Shown here one piece after another: positions 13,138-25,748 of a stretch of DNA of 64,000 bases; positions within the stretch are counted from its first letter, which is position 1, and every line of letters begins with the position of its first letter. The stretch lies in NCBI GenBank assembly GCA_964252035.1, contig OZ176210.1; one strand, 5' to 3'. The position numbers and the translations under genes were made by a program. The notes beneath the pieces were generated by a model, which saw only the letters and a program-made list of their open reading frames with translations, was not told the DNA's origin and ran no database searches. This DNA comes from Podarcis erhardii. Lineage: Eukaryota.

Positions 13138-13830
13138 GTAAATAAGAAAATTCTTCAGTACAAGAGACATTGTGAAGCATCCATAAACTTGTATCTGGAA
13201 GTAGTTCTATAGCTGACATTGATCTATTTTATGTATGATCTTTTTTATACAGCTCTTAAAATTTAAGGGAGTGGATCTGGAATGCTTTCATAGCTGCCTG
13301 AAAGTTTGTCTTGATAAGGTTCATCTTATGCAAAGATTTCTTGGAAAAAAATAGGTGGAAAAGAACGTATCACTAGGTTGATTTTTTAACAATAGTCGAC
13401 AAACTGGGAGCAGTTAGCTTGATTTTAATATGTGAAGATAGCCTGGGGAACCCAAAGAGGATAAGGTTATTCTGCGGTGTAGCTTAATCCTAATCACCAT
13501 TACTTGGAAGTAAGTCCATGTGTGGAATTTACTTTTTAGTAAGTGACTCTCTTTTGCTATCTTATTCTGTTGCAGCAAACGCACCAACAAGGCTAACACA
13601 TTTCTTGGCCTTGTTTGGATGATTGTATAAGAAGCTGATAGGCGAATGAGGCTTTCATTTACACACACAATTATTTCTCTCTCCCCTTCTCCATATGACT
13701 GAATGCATTGTGGAAAGTCTGCAAAACCAGTGTTTCCATTTTGGACCAAACATGGGGAATCCCTGGATACTGGCTTCAAGACAAGCTAGCATTTTAAAAA
13801 CCTGGTTTAAAGTTTAAGATCCCAGCTTCT

Positions 13831-14385
13831 TCTCAAAGGATATTGAAGAGCTAGAAAAGGTGTTAGAAAGGGTCAACCAAACTGAACAAGGGACTGAAAC
13901 ATTTCTTCTATGAAGAAAAGATGCAACCTTTGAAGCTTCTTAGTTTAGGGAAAAGGTCAGTAAGGGTGGGGCAAACATGAAAGAGGTGTGTAGAGTTATG
14001 TATGGTATGGAGAAAGCAAATACTGCTTTCATAACACACAATGATCCTGAAGTTTGTAAGATACAAGGCAAGCAGAAGGAAGAACTCTTCACATAGCACA
14101 TAGTTAAATTATAGAAGATTTAGTGATGGCTCCCAACTTGGAAGTCTTTAAAGGGGATTAGACAAACTGATGATAGCACAAGGCTGTCAGCGGCTATGTT
14201 ACCTTCAGGATCTGAAGCAATATGCCTCTGAACACCAGTTGCTGGGGATTGTGAACAGAAGAGGGCGATTGCACTCATGCCCTGTTTTGTAGGCTTCCCA
14301 AAGGCATCTGGCAGGCCATTTGAGAACAGAATACGGGATCAGATGGGCCATCAGCCTGATCCAGTAGGTGTCTCTTAATGTTCAA
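13831..14385 (+). mobile_element. CR1 LINE 3' fragment
   Basis: Decayed ORF2 end (DIEELEKV...) and a CR1-type 3' UTR. Confidence 0.7.
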
Positions 14386-14808
14386 AGGTTGTAACCAAAG
14401 TTTCTGGTTTAGAAAAAAAATGGAAACAATGGTTTTATAGACTTTTACATTGCATTGAGGCACATTGAGAACAGAAGGAGAGAAGCAGCTTCTTCACCAT
14501 TGCCTGAACACGGCCAATGTGAAAGTTAGTATTGGAACTAAATATTGCAGTGCGTGACTTCAAGTTAAAATTGTGCATGTTCTTCAGTATAATAAATTGG
14601 CTATATCAAATTGAAATAGGCATGACTGAAGGAAAAGTGATCTCTTGTGTAGCACAATCTGGGTGCCTTAAAAAAAACAACCAACCTGGGATAATTTTAG
14701 AAATCAAATAGAGCAGATGAGACATGTTTATAGGTTTCATAGCCTTCTGCTCTAGTAGTCTTTCAAGTTATTATTTTTTCTTCTAAATGCTCCCCTTGCT
14801 ATCTTCAG

Positions 14809-14979
14809 AGATGTAAAACTAGAAGACACCTACTTTGACCGTGATGTGGAAAAAGCTTTTATGAAGGCCAGTGCTGAGATTTTCAATCAGAAAACCAAAG
14901 CTTCCTTGCTTGTATCCAATCAGAATGGAAATATGTACACGCCTTCTGTCTATGGCTGCCTTGCTTCTATCCTAGCACA
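14809..14979 (+). CDS. HMGCS1: HMGCS1 coding exon 5
   Basis: atcttcag|AGAT...GCACA|gtaagt. [21 protein letters not shown]...[20 protein letters not shown]. 171 nt. Confidence 0.99.
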
Positions 14980-15225
14980 GTAAGTATGAAGGAAGGATCT
15001 GAAGCTGGGTTTGAGGTGTTTGTATAATTATCTGACTGACGTTGGGTATCAGATTCCTAAAGGACAGGCTTGCTTTAGGCAATGGCTCAGCCCCACATTC
15101 TTCTTGTGAATTAGTAAAAAGCAGAGTGCCTTTGAGCATGCACAGGGTGCCTTCCTTTCTTCACTGAGTGACCAACTTTAACACCACACTTCAGAAGGAA
15201 ATAATTCCCAGATATGAGTGCAACT

Positions 15226-15365
15226 ACCAAGCAGTGCTGAACCTTGCTGCTTCTTGCCTTTTGAAACTAATTAAACACTATCTAAAGGTGATGTAACCAA
15301 GCAGTGCTGAACCTTGCTGCTTCTTGCCTTTTGAAACTAATTAAACACTATCTAAAGGTGATGTA
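15226..15365. repeat. Exact 70-bp tandem duplication (2 copies)
   Basis: 15226-15295 is identical to 15296-15365. Confidence 0.95.
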
Positions 15366-15974
15366 CAAAGTTGTTGAAAAGTCTGTGACAATTGTAACCG
15401 TATATTTGAGCTGAATGACAAAATTTAAAGCACGAAGGTGACTTAACTGTAGATTAAAACTTCTCCAACAATATAGGTGGCAACTACCTATATTGGGCAG
15501 ACAGCAGTAGGAACTGTGGCTACTAAGCTGCTCCATGAACAATCTTAAGTTCGCAGAATATCTGTGTGCTTTTGATAAGACACACTCCACGCTGCGGTTG
15601 CTGCTTCAAACAAACCAAGACTAGCACACCTGTTTTATCAACATCTGTGTATCTTTGTAGCCAGATTCTGCATTTCCTTAGTATTCACATGTACCAGAAG
15701 TTATTTGGCATAACTCACTTGTGCAAGTCCAGACTTGGCAGCTGAAGAAAGAGGGAAGAGTCTGAACACTGGTAATCTTTGACTTGAGGCAGAACCAATA
15801 GCCTTCAGCTAAACTCCTACATGTTTGAAGATAATTACATGGCCAGTGGTTTCGCTTTAGCAGAAAGAGAGGAAATAATTTGAAGGCGGTACAGGATGGA
15901 GACAGCTTATTAATATTTGTGTATTAATCTTCTCTAATGTGCTTTTCACTAACACCTTGTTCTCTGGCGTGCAG

Positions 15975-16081
15975 GTATTCTCCTCAGCAACTGGCAGGAC
16001 AGAGGATTGGAGTCTTCTCTTATGGCTCTGGGTTTGCTGCTACCCTCTACTCCATCAAAGTTAGCCAAGATGCAACCCCTG
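15975..16081 (+). CDS. HMGCS1: HMGCS1 coding exon 6
   Basis: gtgcag|GTATTC...CCTG|gtgagt. [35 protein letters not shown]. 107 nt. Confidence 0.98.
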
Positions 16082-16657
16082 GTGAGTAAAATCACTAAGG
16101 TTTCCTATACACAACCACTTCTAAAGTTAGTGTGTCACTGATAGTATCCAGCCAGTATTTTAATTCTTGTAGGGAGTGCATACAGTGAACATGCTGAAGA
16201 ACCCATTAGCAGTAATTTATGACAAGAATGGCTTGTTGTGCACAATTAAGAGTGTGCAACAAAAAGCACTGAGTCTATATAGCTTTGGGTTATAGCACAT
16301 TGGGGATGATTTATATGCTCAGTGATGACTGCAGAAATACTGTTATAAGGGAATGCTATAATACATATTATTTTATACTTCTTGAATAATCTCTGGTATT
16401 AATCTACATAGATAGATGATCCAGTTTAGGAAATGCTAGCTTTAACAATTTTTTTTGTACGATTTTGTGTTTTTATTCTTATAAACCACTTCTGGATACA
16501 GCAGTATATAAATATTTTTTTAAATAAATAAATATCAATTTCTGGGCAATTTTTAAGAATAGAGGAAGTTGCCACTAAAACCTAAATAGCTGGGTTAAGA
16601 AAGGTGCCTTGCTATGTAACATCTTGCATAAATTTGAATGCATTGCTTATGGTAATA

Positions 16658-16901
16658 CAGTCACACCTCTTGTTACGTTCAGTTCAGGTTACGTCTTTTC
16701 AGGTTGCGTCCCGCGGCGACCCGGAAGTAACGGAATGGGTTACTTCTGGGTTTTGCTGCTTGCGCATGCGCAGACGCTCAGAATGATGTCACACGCATGC
16801 ACAGAAGTAGCGAATCGCGACCCGCAGATGCGGGTTGCGTTCTGCTCATGATGCGAACGGAGCTCCGGAATGGATCCCGATTGCAACCAGAGGTACCACT
16901 G
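16658..16901. mobile_element. Tigger/mariner-type MITE
   Basis: TA|cagtcacacctc...gaggtaccactg|TA. Confidence 0.8.
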
Positions 16902-17439
16902 TAATGGTGAATCTAATTGCAGTGTTAAAGTGTAGCATTGTTTAGTGTGATGTTGGCAGGCTGGTTTTGGGCAGGCTGCAGCTTGTGAGCCATTTTGGCA
17001 GGAACCTAACTCCTGCTTCTGAACAGAGTCTAGCCCAGGGTTGTGGAACCTGTAGCCTGTTCCAGCAGGCTCTTCTTAAGTTCTTAGCCCTCCACAGGTT
17101 ATTGGGTGCCAGTGGTTAAGGATTTGATGCCCAGGTGTTGCTGGGCTACGACAGATCTGGCCTCATCTCTGGCCTCTTATGAGGTTTTGAGAACTTAGGA
17201 AAGGGTGTGCTATGTCTTGATATAACAATCAATGCACTTTTACTACGGTACTACTACAGCTAGCAATATTACAAAAGGGTTATGTTGGAAAAATAGCCCC
17301 CGCTTTTTCACAGTATAGTAAGAAATCAAGATGCTGCTGTTTCTGACTTGTATTCTTCATTGTCAGATCATGGAATTGTCGAGTTGGAAGGGACTAATAA
17401 TTCTTTTTAGAAAACGTAAGTTACTGCTTTCTACTGCAG

Positions 17440-17565
17440 GCTCTTCTCTGGATAAAATAACAGCAAGCCTCTCTGATCTGAAGGCAAGGCTCGATTCAAG
17501 GAAATGCATCTCGCCAGAGGTGTTTGCAGAAAACATGATGCTTAGACAAGATACTCATCACTTAG
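17440..17565 (+). CDS. HMGCS1: HMGCS1 coding exon 7
   Basis: ctactgcag|GCTCT...TTAG|gtaagt. GSSLDKITASLSDLKARLDSRKCISPEVFAENMMLRQDTHHL. 126 nt. Confidence 0.98.
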
Positions 17566-18321
17566 GTAAGTGATGGTGGGATTAAGTTCAGCAAATGTCT
17601 GCCATAAATTCAGTGATGGCCTCTATTAGGCAACCGTTGATGATAAAGCACACCCCTAAAGCTTATTTCCTTTTTTAAAATAATGAGGTTGGCTTCCAAG
17701 CCTTCTGGTTGTTGTAAGAGATGTTAACCAACTTGATGGTTACAGCTTTGACTTGAAATATTTGGGTAATTCTGTCCATATTGAACTGGCAAAAGGCTTT
17801 TCTTTTCATGCCAAACATGGGCTTAAAAATTAACCATGAATTAAAACTGCAATCAAGAGGACAGCAGGACCTGGTTCTCAACTTCTCAGGTCTTCAGATT
17901 AACAACTTCATGGTGGATCTGAAAATCTAATTGTGCTGTAAGCGCTGAAGTAGTTGACAAAAGTGTCTTGTGTGCCCCATTTCCACAGCTCCACCAGAGT
18001 GTGATAATGGAGGGGTGGAGGCATTTCATATTCTTCTTTGGGAGCGTTGCAAGCCTCCTGTGCATCTTCTTACAGAGAAGACAGTGAAGGCGCTTGCCTT
18101 CCCAATACCCTTGAAGCATCTGAACATGAAGCACAGCTTGCTTCAGTTCTCTGCACTTCCATGTGACATAGCACTAATCCCTTCATGGTGTGTGTCTCTC
18201 ACACAAGATAAGAGAAATCAGAACTTTTCCAGCATGGCTCAGTATGTAGTGAGGTCAAAGATTAAGCTAACACCAGGAGTAAACTGTCTATTTAGAGCTT
18301 CCGCGTTCTGTCTTTTTATAG

Positions 18322-18485
18322 CCAACTATATTCCACAATGCTCAGTGGATGATCTGTATGAGGGAACATGGTATTTGGTGCGAGTGGATGAAAAACACAG
18401 AAGAACCTATGCTCGTCGCCCCGTGCTGGGCGATGGGCCCTTGGAAGCAGGAGTGGAAGTTGTTCATATGGGCCTTGCTCATGAG
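18322..18485 (+). CDS. HMGCS1: HMGCS1 coding exon 8
   Basis: tttttatag|CCAAC...GAG|gtaagt. [34 protein letters not shown]...LAHE. 164 nt. Confidence 0.98.
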
Positions 18486-19479
18486 GTAAGTGTAAAGTCT
18501 CTTTAATTCATCCTTTTAACATCCAAGGGCTAGTGCACTCCTAATGGTGTTGATCCCTTATTTGTGGGTTAAAGACATCAGGAGCAGACCGCAGAATTGA
18601 ACACTACCCCCACCCCAATCTGCCTTTAATGTGATTCATAGATATCTTGGCACTGATGAACAGTTGTTTAGGCTTACCAGTTTCCTTGCTTGAGCAGAAT
18701 AATAGTACCCCAGCCACTGTGGGCAGCTTCCAACAGATATAAAAGTATCATAAAACATCAAGCATTAAAAACTTGCCCATGCAGGGCTGCCTTCAGAGGT
18801 CTTCTAAAAGTTGTATAGTTATATATCACATTGACATCTGATGGGAAGGCGTTCCACAGGGCGGACACCACTACCTGGAATGCCCTCTGCCTGTTTCCCT
18901 GCCTGCCCTCTTCAGTTTCTGATTAAGCAGGGAAACCAGTAACCCTTAACTATTGTTTGAAGTTGGTGCTGGCATACCTATGGACTGAAGCTAAGGTGCA
19001 CATGGGCCTGGGAAGGAGGAGGGGAACATGCTTTCCAGGAGGGAATGTTCAAAGATGTGGTCTGCTTCCAATCTCTTTAAAAATGATTCCCTGCTCCATT
19101 ATGGGTGGAGCAGCCACAGCAAAGGGTGGCTCTTTGCTAACCTTTCCTTTTTTTATTTCTTTTTGTTACCAAAACTAAATTACAGACTATTAAGCACATG
19201 TAGCGGATGTGTAACTGCTCTTCCAGTAAGTTACAATCTTCAGTAATTTATAAACCCTGTCAGATCACACATCCCCTCCCTTTCCCTGCTCTTACGTTAT
19301 ATGGTTCTTCTCCCACTTACCTCCGCAGTCTGTCAGTCTCTTTCTTTCTCTCCCCCCACCCCTTGTGCAGTCTGCCCAACTTCCATTGTCGGGCATACAA
19401 AATATTTTGCTGTCATTGATAAAATAACAGGCATTTCCCTTACACTAACATATTTTATCAGTTCCAGCAAGATATTTTT

Positions 19480-19900
19480 TTAATCCTTTCTTAAGCCTGT
19501 AATATGAAATTTCACAAGTAACCTCAGCAGTCCTGTCCCAATATCTAGAAACTTTAGGGAAACCACACCAAAAATGCAAAAAGAAAAATACTTGGCACTA
19601 AGCAAGACACAATTCCTCTGCTTATAGTATTTACTTTGTAAATTCTGCCTTAGTTTTTGTAGCCTCATATTCCATCTCTCTTCGTAGATTGGGTTTTCAT
19701 TACATTTAGACATGGATAATGGCAGAATTCTACCCTGTTCTAAAACATGCCCAACTATTTCATGATACTGATGTTGAAAGTTACCAAAATCATTGCAATT
19801 GATGGATACGCTATAAATCTGGGATATGATATTCTTTGGATTTTCTTCTGTCAGTGATTCCTCCATTTCAGATACTTGTCCATTTTATTGTAATCAAACC
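19480..19900 (-). mobile_element. Possible old L1 ORF2 fragment
   Basis: Decayed ORF (KNIISQIYS...EERWNMRLQKLRQNL) with weak L1-like character. Confidence 0.35.
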
Positions 19901-20321
19901 CATTACAGAATACCAAATTTGATAATATTGATACAAATCTTCAACCCAGCGTTCTCCAGCTCATGCCTTCCAGGTGTTTGGAACTACAATTTCCAATAGC
20001 CCTGACAGGTTGGAGAAGGCTGCTGTGTAACCTGACATTCTTTGAACAACTTCTAAGAGGGGAATGCTGCTGTTCTCAAATTGGATCTAGAAATCTAAAT
20101 ATAACCTATGTTGTGTCCAACTCTGAAAGCTTCCTATTGTGCAGGATAGATTCCAATGGAGAATTGTCTGGACAAAGTATTTGGAACCAAGTTACTGTTG
20201 CCTAATACCTGGGCTTTCCCAATGAGTCTTGAAACAAAATTAAAGTAAGATAATTGGCAGCTGTGCTTTTTAATAATGTGTTCTAACCTGTGGCTTTTCT
20301 CCCCCTCCCCACCCCTTGCAG

Positions 20322-20414
20322 CATATCCCTAGCCCTGCCAAGAAAGTACCAAGAATTCCTGCAAAAACAGACTCAGAAGCCGTTGCTGTTTCCCTTTCCA
20401 ATGGGGAGCATTAA
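20322..20414 (+). CDS. HMGCS1: HMGCS1 terminal coding exon
   Basis: ccccttgcag|CAT...TAA. HIPSPAKKVPRIPAKTDSEAVAVSLSNGEH*. Exon sum is 1569 nt, giving 522 aa. Confidence 0.97.
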   Translation, partial: HIPSPAKKVPRIPAKTDSEAVAVSLSNGEH

Positions 20415-22277
20415 GAGACCTCTGTGAGGTGGGAGTTGGAAAAGTTGGGGAGGGCTGGGGATGTACACGGGAGTAACTGTTAATACCCATGTTTTGCTGT
20501 ACAGTACTGCTTAGTTGGGAGCATGAAAAACTGTTAATCTTGAGGCTCTGTCTTTTGATGCAGTTTGTTGATACGTAGTTAAATAACACTAAAAAAAGTT
20601 TGCTAGCTTCTTGGAACAGAAATGACCAAGGGCTCTTTCTAAGAAACAGCTGTTTTAAAACAACAGCAAATGGTTCAAGAATAGGTACTTAAATTTACAG
20701 AGGGGTAGCCATGTTAGTTTGTTGCAGCAAAAAAGACAGCAGAGCCTTTTGGCATCTTAAGTTTAGGTCTACAGTTGCTTATTCTGTAAAAATATATCGC
20801 TTAATCTTTAAGGTGCCACAAGAATCTTTGTGTTTAGTTTAAGCTTGGGAAGACTTCAGTTGTGCTTGCCCTACTCTATTTTAATGAATTAATATCCAGA
20901 GTGGAGGTGAGACCTTTTAAAGCCATTATGGAGAAAAATTAATGTGACCTAAAGCTATTTGTGAGTCATTTTATCTTAAATGTTAGGGTTCTATGTGCCT
21001 TAACAGTATAAGCACCCAGTCTTTTAAATACAAGCCTTGTTCCATCCCCTCAAAACATGCTATGCATTTGAAAGGGGATAATTGGCTTGTTTTTCAAGGT
21101 GCTATTAATTGGTTCCAACCCATCTTGAAAGTTGGAGGTCTGTGACATGGTTTCCAGTTGTATGCTTATAATATTAAAAGCTCCTCTCACCTCCCAGAAA
21201 TCATATTGCAAAGCTAAGAAGTGCATGCATTTGGGGAGAGAACACTCTCTTGCCCCAAAGTGCTCTTGGTGGCTACTTAGAAATAGTTGGAAAGTTAATT
21301 CCTTTTGAACCTCTTGTATGTAATCTTTTATAAAGGTTGCTTAAGAGCAGGCTTTGCCATACTCTGCTTCTACAAAAATGCAGAAGCTCAGCCCAAGAGC
21401 CGTGATTTGATCCTGAACTTTTTGCTCCTCACGATTGTTTTAGCTGTGTGCTGTGGGGTTCTGCAAGCTGTAGCTCTGAGGTCATGTATAAATAGCTTCA
21501 TATCTCAAACATATTTAAAACTCCATTTCACTTCTGCAAGGAGTACTCAAAAGGCTGCAATCCTCAAAGCACTTACCTTAGAATAGGCATGAACAACTTG
21601 TGACCCATTGAGTTGAACACTGCTCACCAGCTATGTGTGATGGCTTGTCGGGTGCTTGCTAAAATTGACCTGTGTTGGCTGCCTGCCAGAGACTTGGGGA
21701 AAAAATGGTATGTGTTGAGAACCTGGCTGGGCATATACAGGGATTTGTGAGGGGTGCCTTTGGCCTGCAAGTTGTTCTGCTCTAGAACGGTCCTGTTTAT
21801 TATCATACACTTGCTGAAGTGTAAGTGCTTTGGCCATTGCAAGTATATTGGGTGGGCCTGGATGAACTGGAAGCAAAGGGAAAGACAGCTCCTGGCTTGT
21901 AAAATACATTGTGTTTACACTAAACTTACACAATTTGTCCTGTTTTTATTTTGCTTTGAAATACTTCTTAACTAATGCATACTGTGCTAAGTTACAAGAT
22001 GCGGTGTTTGGGGGCTCTGTAGTTTGTTTGTTTTTTGAAGCAAATTACTTAGGTTTGATACAGCTTGTTGGGGAAAAACGGTTTGATTTACACCACTTTT
22101 TTGTCCATTTGTGCCAAGTGCTGTGGCTATATAAAACAAAGGAGAGGATCCCAAGCTTGGTTTTGTTCACAGGCTGGCGATGTATCAAGTCCATTGCAGG
22201 CAATGGACAGGCTAAAAACAGCAGCACCAAATCTAAGGTTTATAAAACTCAAAAGCAATGAAACAGATGCCTTGCCA

Positions 22278-22283
22278 AATAAA
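22278..22283 (+). terminator. HMGCS1: Probable HMGCS1 polyadenylation signal (3' UTR about 1.9 kb)
   Basis: AATAAA followed about 25 nt later by a GU-rich tract (tgttggtgtagttatgctttgt). Confidence 0.6.
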
Positions 22284-23047
22284 CACTGAGCTATCTGAAC
22301 TGCCCATGTTGGTGTAGTTATGCTTTGTATCCAAACCAAGGAGGATGAATTGTGGCTGCCTAGAGGGCAGATCTGATCAAGCAGATGAGTTCTCAGTGGC
22401 CTCCACGTTCAAGACTTACCCTGCTGGAATTAGAAGGGAACAGGGTGAACCTCAATATTTCCTGCACTGCAGGGGGGGAGGGTTGGACTTAGATGACCCT
22501 TGCAGTCCCTTCGCTGAACCTTAAAAAAGCAAAATCACAGATCACAATGTTACAGGCATGGGAGGAGGAGAAAAACAGTGGGTAAAATATTTATGGGTGC
22601 TATTCATTAGGTGCCTACAGATGTGTATTTTCAGGACCTGCCTTCTTCCTGTGAGAGAAAATTCCTTTAACTGCTTTTAATGCTGAAATTTAAATAGTTG
22701 TAACTTATCCTGGGACCTACTAGTGAAGGGCAGGTAATAAATTTAATAATAGTGTTAACTATTATCATTACTTATAATGCAAACATAACCAGGAAGACCT
22801 TCTAAAGGATTCCCACACTACTCAATGCATGTGAGGCAAGAGTTCACCTATATTAACAGACCTTAACATGCTGTCTAAACTCACCCAAGTGAAATGCACT
22901 GTGTTAGTTCCAGACAGCAGCCTGAGCCAAAATTCTAAGCATGTTTACTCTGAAGTCCTACTGGGACTTGCTGCATGATAACTATACACTTTACTAGTCT
23001 ACTCTAGAATGTGCATCTTACATGAGGAATTTTAAGGCATCTTTTTT

Positions 23048-23053
23048 TTTATT
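23048..23053 (-). terminator. NIM1K: Probable NIM1K polyadenylation signal
   Basis: AATAAA on the minus strand about 95 nt after the stop codon. Confidence 0.5.
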
Positions 23054-23146
23054 TAATTCAAAATTACAAAAATGCTAAGAACAAGAGCTGACTGGTAGCA
23101 GACAAAGAGGTCTCGGCAAAGTTTGCCACCAAGACAGCTGCATTTT

Positions 23147-23896
23147 TTATAAAATCAAACAGAGCTTAGATGAGTGTTTGAGGCCGCGATAGGTAGACTG
23201 CTCTTTCTTTGACTCTTGCTCCCTGAATTCCGGTTGGCTGATTATATGAACCGCTTCCACGGCCCTTTTCTTTTGCACCCTGTGCAAAATAATTCGGTAG
23301 ATCCCAGTTACTGAGCTGTGGGAAGCTCTCCCGCGGTTGTTCTGAATGTGCTCCTCCGTGATCCCCAAATTGTTCAAGATTTTTTTCACTTCGGCGTCTT
23401 CCTCTCCGAGTGTTCCACTCCCCGACAAGTACTTTGGATCCAGTTTGAAAGGTTCCAGGGGCTTCGGATACTCCACTCCTTTCATCCATTCGCTGTTCAT
23501 AATGTACTCAATGGAATAGCGTTCCGATGGTACTGGCTGCAGGATTCCCCGAATCAGCTTCTGGCAAGGTTCCGAGAGGAACGGCGGCAGGACATACACA
23601 CCCTCGAGGATAGTCTTCTTCAGTTTGCCCACTGTGTCTGCTCGAAAAGGCATCATCCCCGTCATCATAAAATACAGAAGAATTCCGAGTGCCCAGATAT
23701 CCACATATGCCCCAACGTAGCTTTCGTCCCTGAAGAGCTCTGGGGCAGCGTAAGGAGGGGATCCGCAAAAAGTGTTCAGTGTTTCCTCTTTCTTACTTAT
23801 TGTGCTGAATCCAAAATCCCCCACTTTCACACAGGTGTTACTGGTGTAAAATACGTTTTCAGCTTTTAGGTCCCGGTGAATTATGTTACTCTCATG
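23147..23896 (-). CDS. NIM1K: NIM1 serine/threonine kinase, terminal coding exon
   Basis: Acceptor tctgcag|[20 protein letters not shown]...[10 protein letters not shown]...[12 protein letters not shown]...VDIWALG...HSSKLCLIL*. 750 nt. Confidence 0.98.
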   Translation of the reverse strand, partial: HESNIIHRDLKAENVFYTSNTCVKVGDFGFSTISKKEETLNTFCGSPPYAAPELFRDESYVGAYVDIWALGILLYFMMTGMMPFRADTVGKLKKTILEGVYVLPPFLSEPCQKLIRGILQPVPSERYSIEYIMNSEWMKGVEYPKPLEPFKLDPKYLSGSGTLGEEDAEVKKILNNLGITEEHIQNNRGRASHSSVTGIYRIILHRVQKKRAVEAVHIISQPEFREQESKKEQSTYRGLKHSSKLCLIL

Positions 23897-24688
23897 CTGC
23901 AGAACAAAGAATAAAAATTAATGTTTAGCTTTCATAAATGTTTTCCACTGTGCTGCAAATGGAAACGTGAAAGTCTTTTAAAATAAGAACGGTTAGTCTT
24001 TTAAAAGCAAAGTATATTTTAGCTAGTCTTTTGTACAAAACCACCAGCAGGGCTGTAGCCGCAGATGAGGAAAAGGAAGGAATGGACCACTGAAAGTTAT
24101 TCCAAGCCTCTACCTTGAATGTTTAGCTTTCATTTAACCCTTCTTCCCCTGCCTCCCACATCCCAATAATTTTATAGCCATTTTGTTTGTGGAGACATGC
24201 AGAAAAGGACAAAGGCAGCATTCTGCCCAGTTGCCCTCTAAATATTAATACAATTAAGCAGTTATGAGCTCTTTATCAAGCTACCTGTATGTTCTTACTA
24301 TTCTGTAATGAATCCCCTCCCACATAGGATCCTCATCACAACATTTCTGGCTATAGGCCTGAAAAATCAGAGCTGTTAAATAGCCCCTGAACACATTACA
24401 GCAGAGCTTACACAGGCACACAAACTGCTTGCACTCCCATGGTGGTCACGTGTTTCCAGCAAAAGATATTCCACACAAAACGTACCTCAAGCTGCAGAAA
24501 AGCACCCAAAGCAAATGTTTGTTCAAACGTAGGCACACTAAGCTGGAGCCACTTGCCATGTGGACATAATACTCTTTTATTGCTCCTAACAGACTGGTGG
24601 ATATCTCAAACTAATCCTGCTTCTCTTTAAAGTGGGACACACACAGGGAAATGCAGAGCTGCTGAAGGGACCAAAATAATGAACTTAC

Positions 24689-24957
24689 CATGTGCTTAAG
24701 AGCAGACACAATCTGGGAGAAGATGTGCTTACTCTCCACTTCCAATAATTTCCCCTCTGTCGTGATTTTCGCAAATAGCTCCCCTCCACTGGCATATTCC
24801 ATCACCAGGTGCAGCTTGGAGAGTGTCTCCATGACCTCATAAAGCCTGATGATGTTTGGGTGGTGCAGCTTCTCCATGCTGGAAATCTCGCGGGAGAGTA
24901 ATCTCTGCGTCTTCTGGTCTAATTTCGTCTTGTCCAAAATCTTAATGGCTACCTTTT
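24689..24957 (-). CDS. NIM1K: NIM1K coding exon 2
   Basis: ccag|AAAAG...CACATG|gtaagt. [41 protein letters not shown]...VSALKHM. 269 nt. Confidence 0.98.
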
Positions 24958-25533
24958 CTGGAATGACAGTGGTTTGATTTCATAGGGTTAGCAAGGGCAG
25001 CTGATAACATGCTTAAGAAAGGAAGAAAAGTAATATGAACAGCCTTGATCCAGCAAGCTCATGACTATCAGTTGCAACTTGCAGGAGATCGTCAGAGCCT
25101 CAGGCAGATGGCCTTCCCATCGAGCTACCTAAGATCCTTTTAACTGGAAATAGCACCAGCTAAATCTGGGACTGGTTCTGCTCTGGAAGGTTCTGCTCTG
25201 CCACTGAGCTATGTCCCCTCCTTCTGCTCCATCTTGTATAATTGCATCTTAAAACAAAATTCCCATAACAGTTGGCATTGATGTAACGTACTCACCTATT
25301 AAAAGAGGAGGAACATAGGCAGCTGTTTTGTTACTGCACAGCACCCTGGGTTCTGTTTGGATGAAGGGTGCTTTAGAAATGTTGATAATAAGTATACTCG
25401 GTAAGCACAGTTGTTCATCTAGCCCCGTTGTTCATCTAGCCCCGTAAATTAACTGGCAGAACGTCTTCAGTGCCCAAGGGGATGTTCACATTACCACATT
25501 ACAGTGCAGTGACGTGGTTTGTGCTGGCAGATA

Positions 25534-25748
25534 CAGTGGTACCTCAGGTTACATACGCTTCAGGTTACAGACGCCGCTAACCCAGAAATATTACCTCGGG
25601 TTAAGAACTTTGCTTCAGGATGAGAACAGAAATCGTGCGGCGCCAGCGCAAGATCCCATTAGCTAAAGTGGTGCTTCAGGTTGAGAACAGTTTCAGGTTA
25701 AGAACGGATCCCCGGAACGAATTAAGTACTTAACCCGATGTACCACTG
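25534..25748. mobile_element. Tigger/mariner-type MITE (family shared with 27690 and 38716)
   Basis: TA|cagtggtacctc...gtaccactg|TA. Confidence 0.88.

Noticed and set aside
23318-23869. 183-aa + strand ORF, plus the alternative-frame ORFs 23166-23489 and 23508-23768
   Set aside because: They are antisense or out-of-frame shadows of the NIM1K coding exon.
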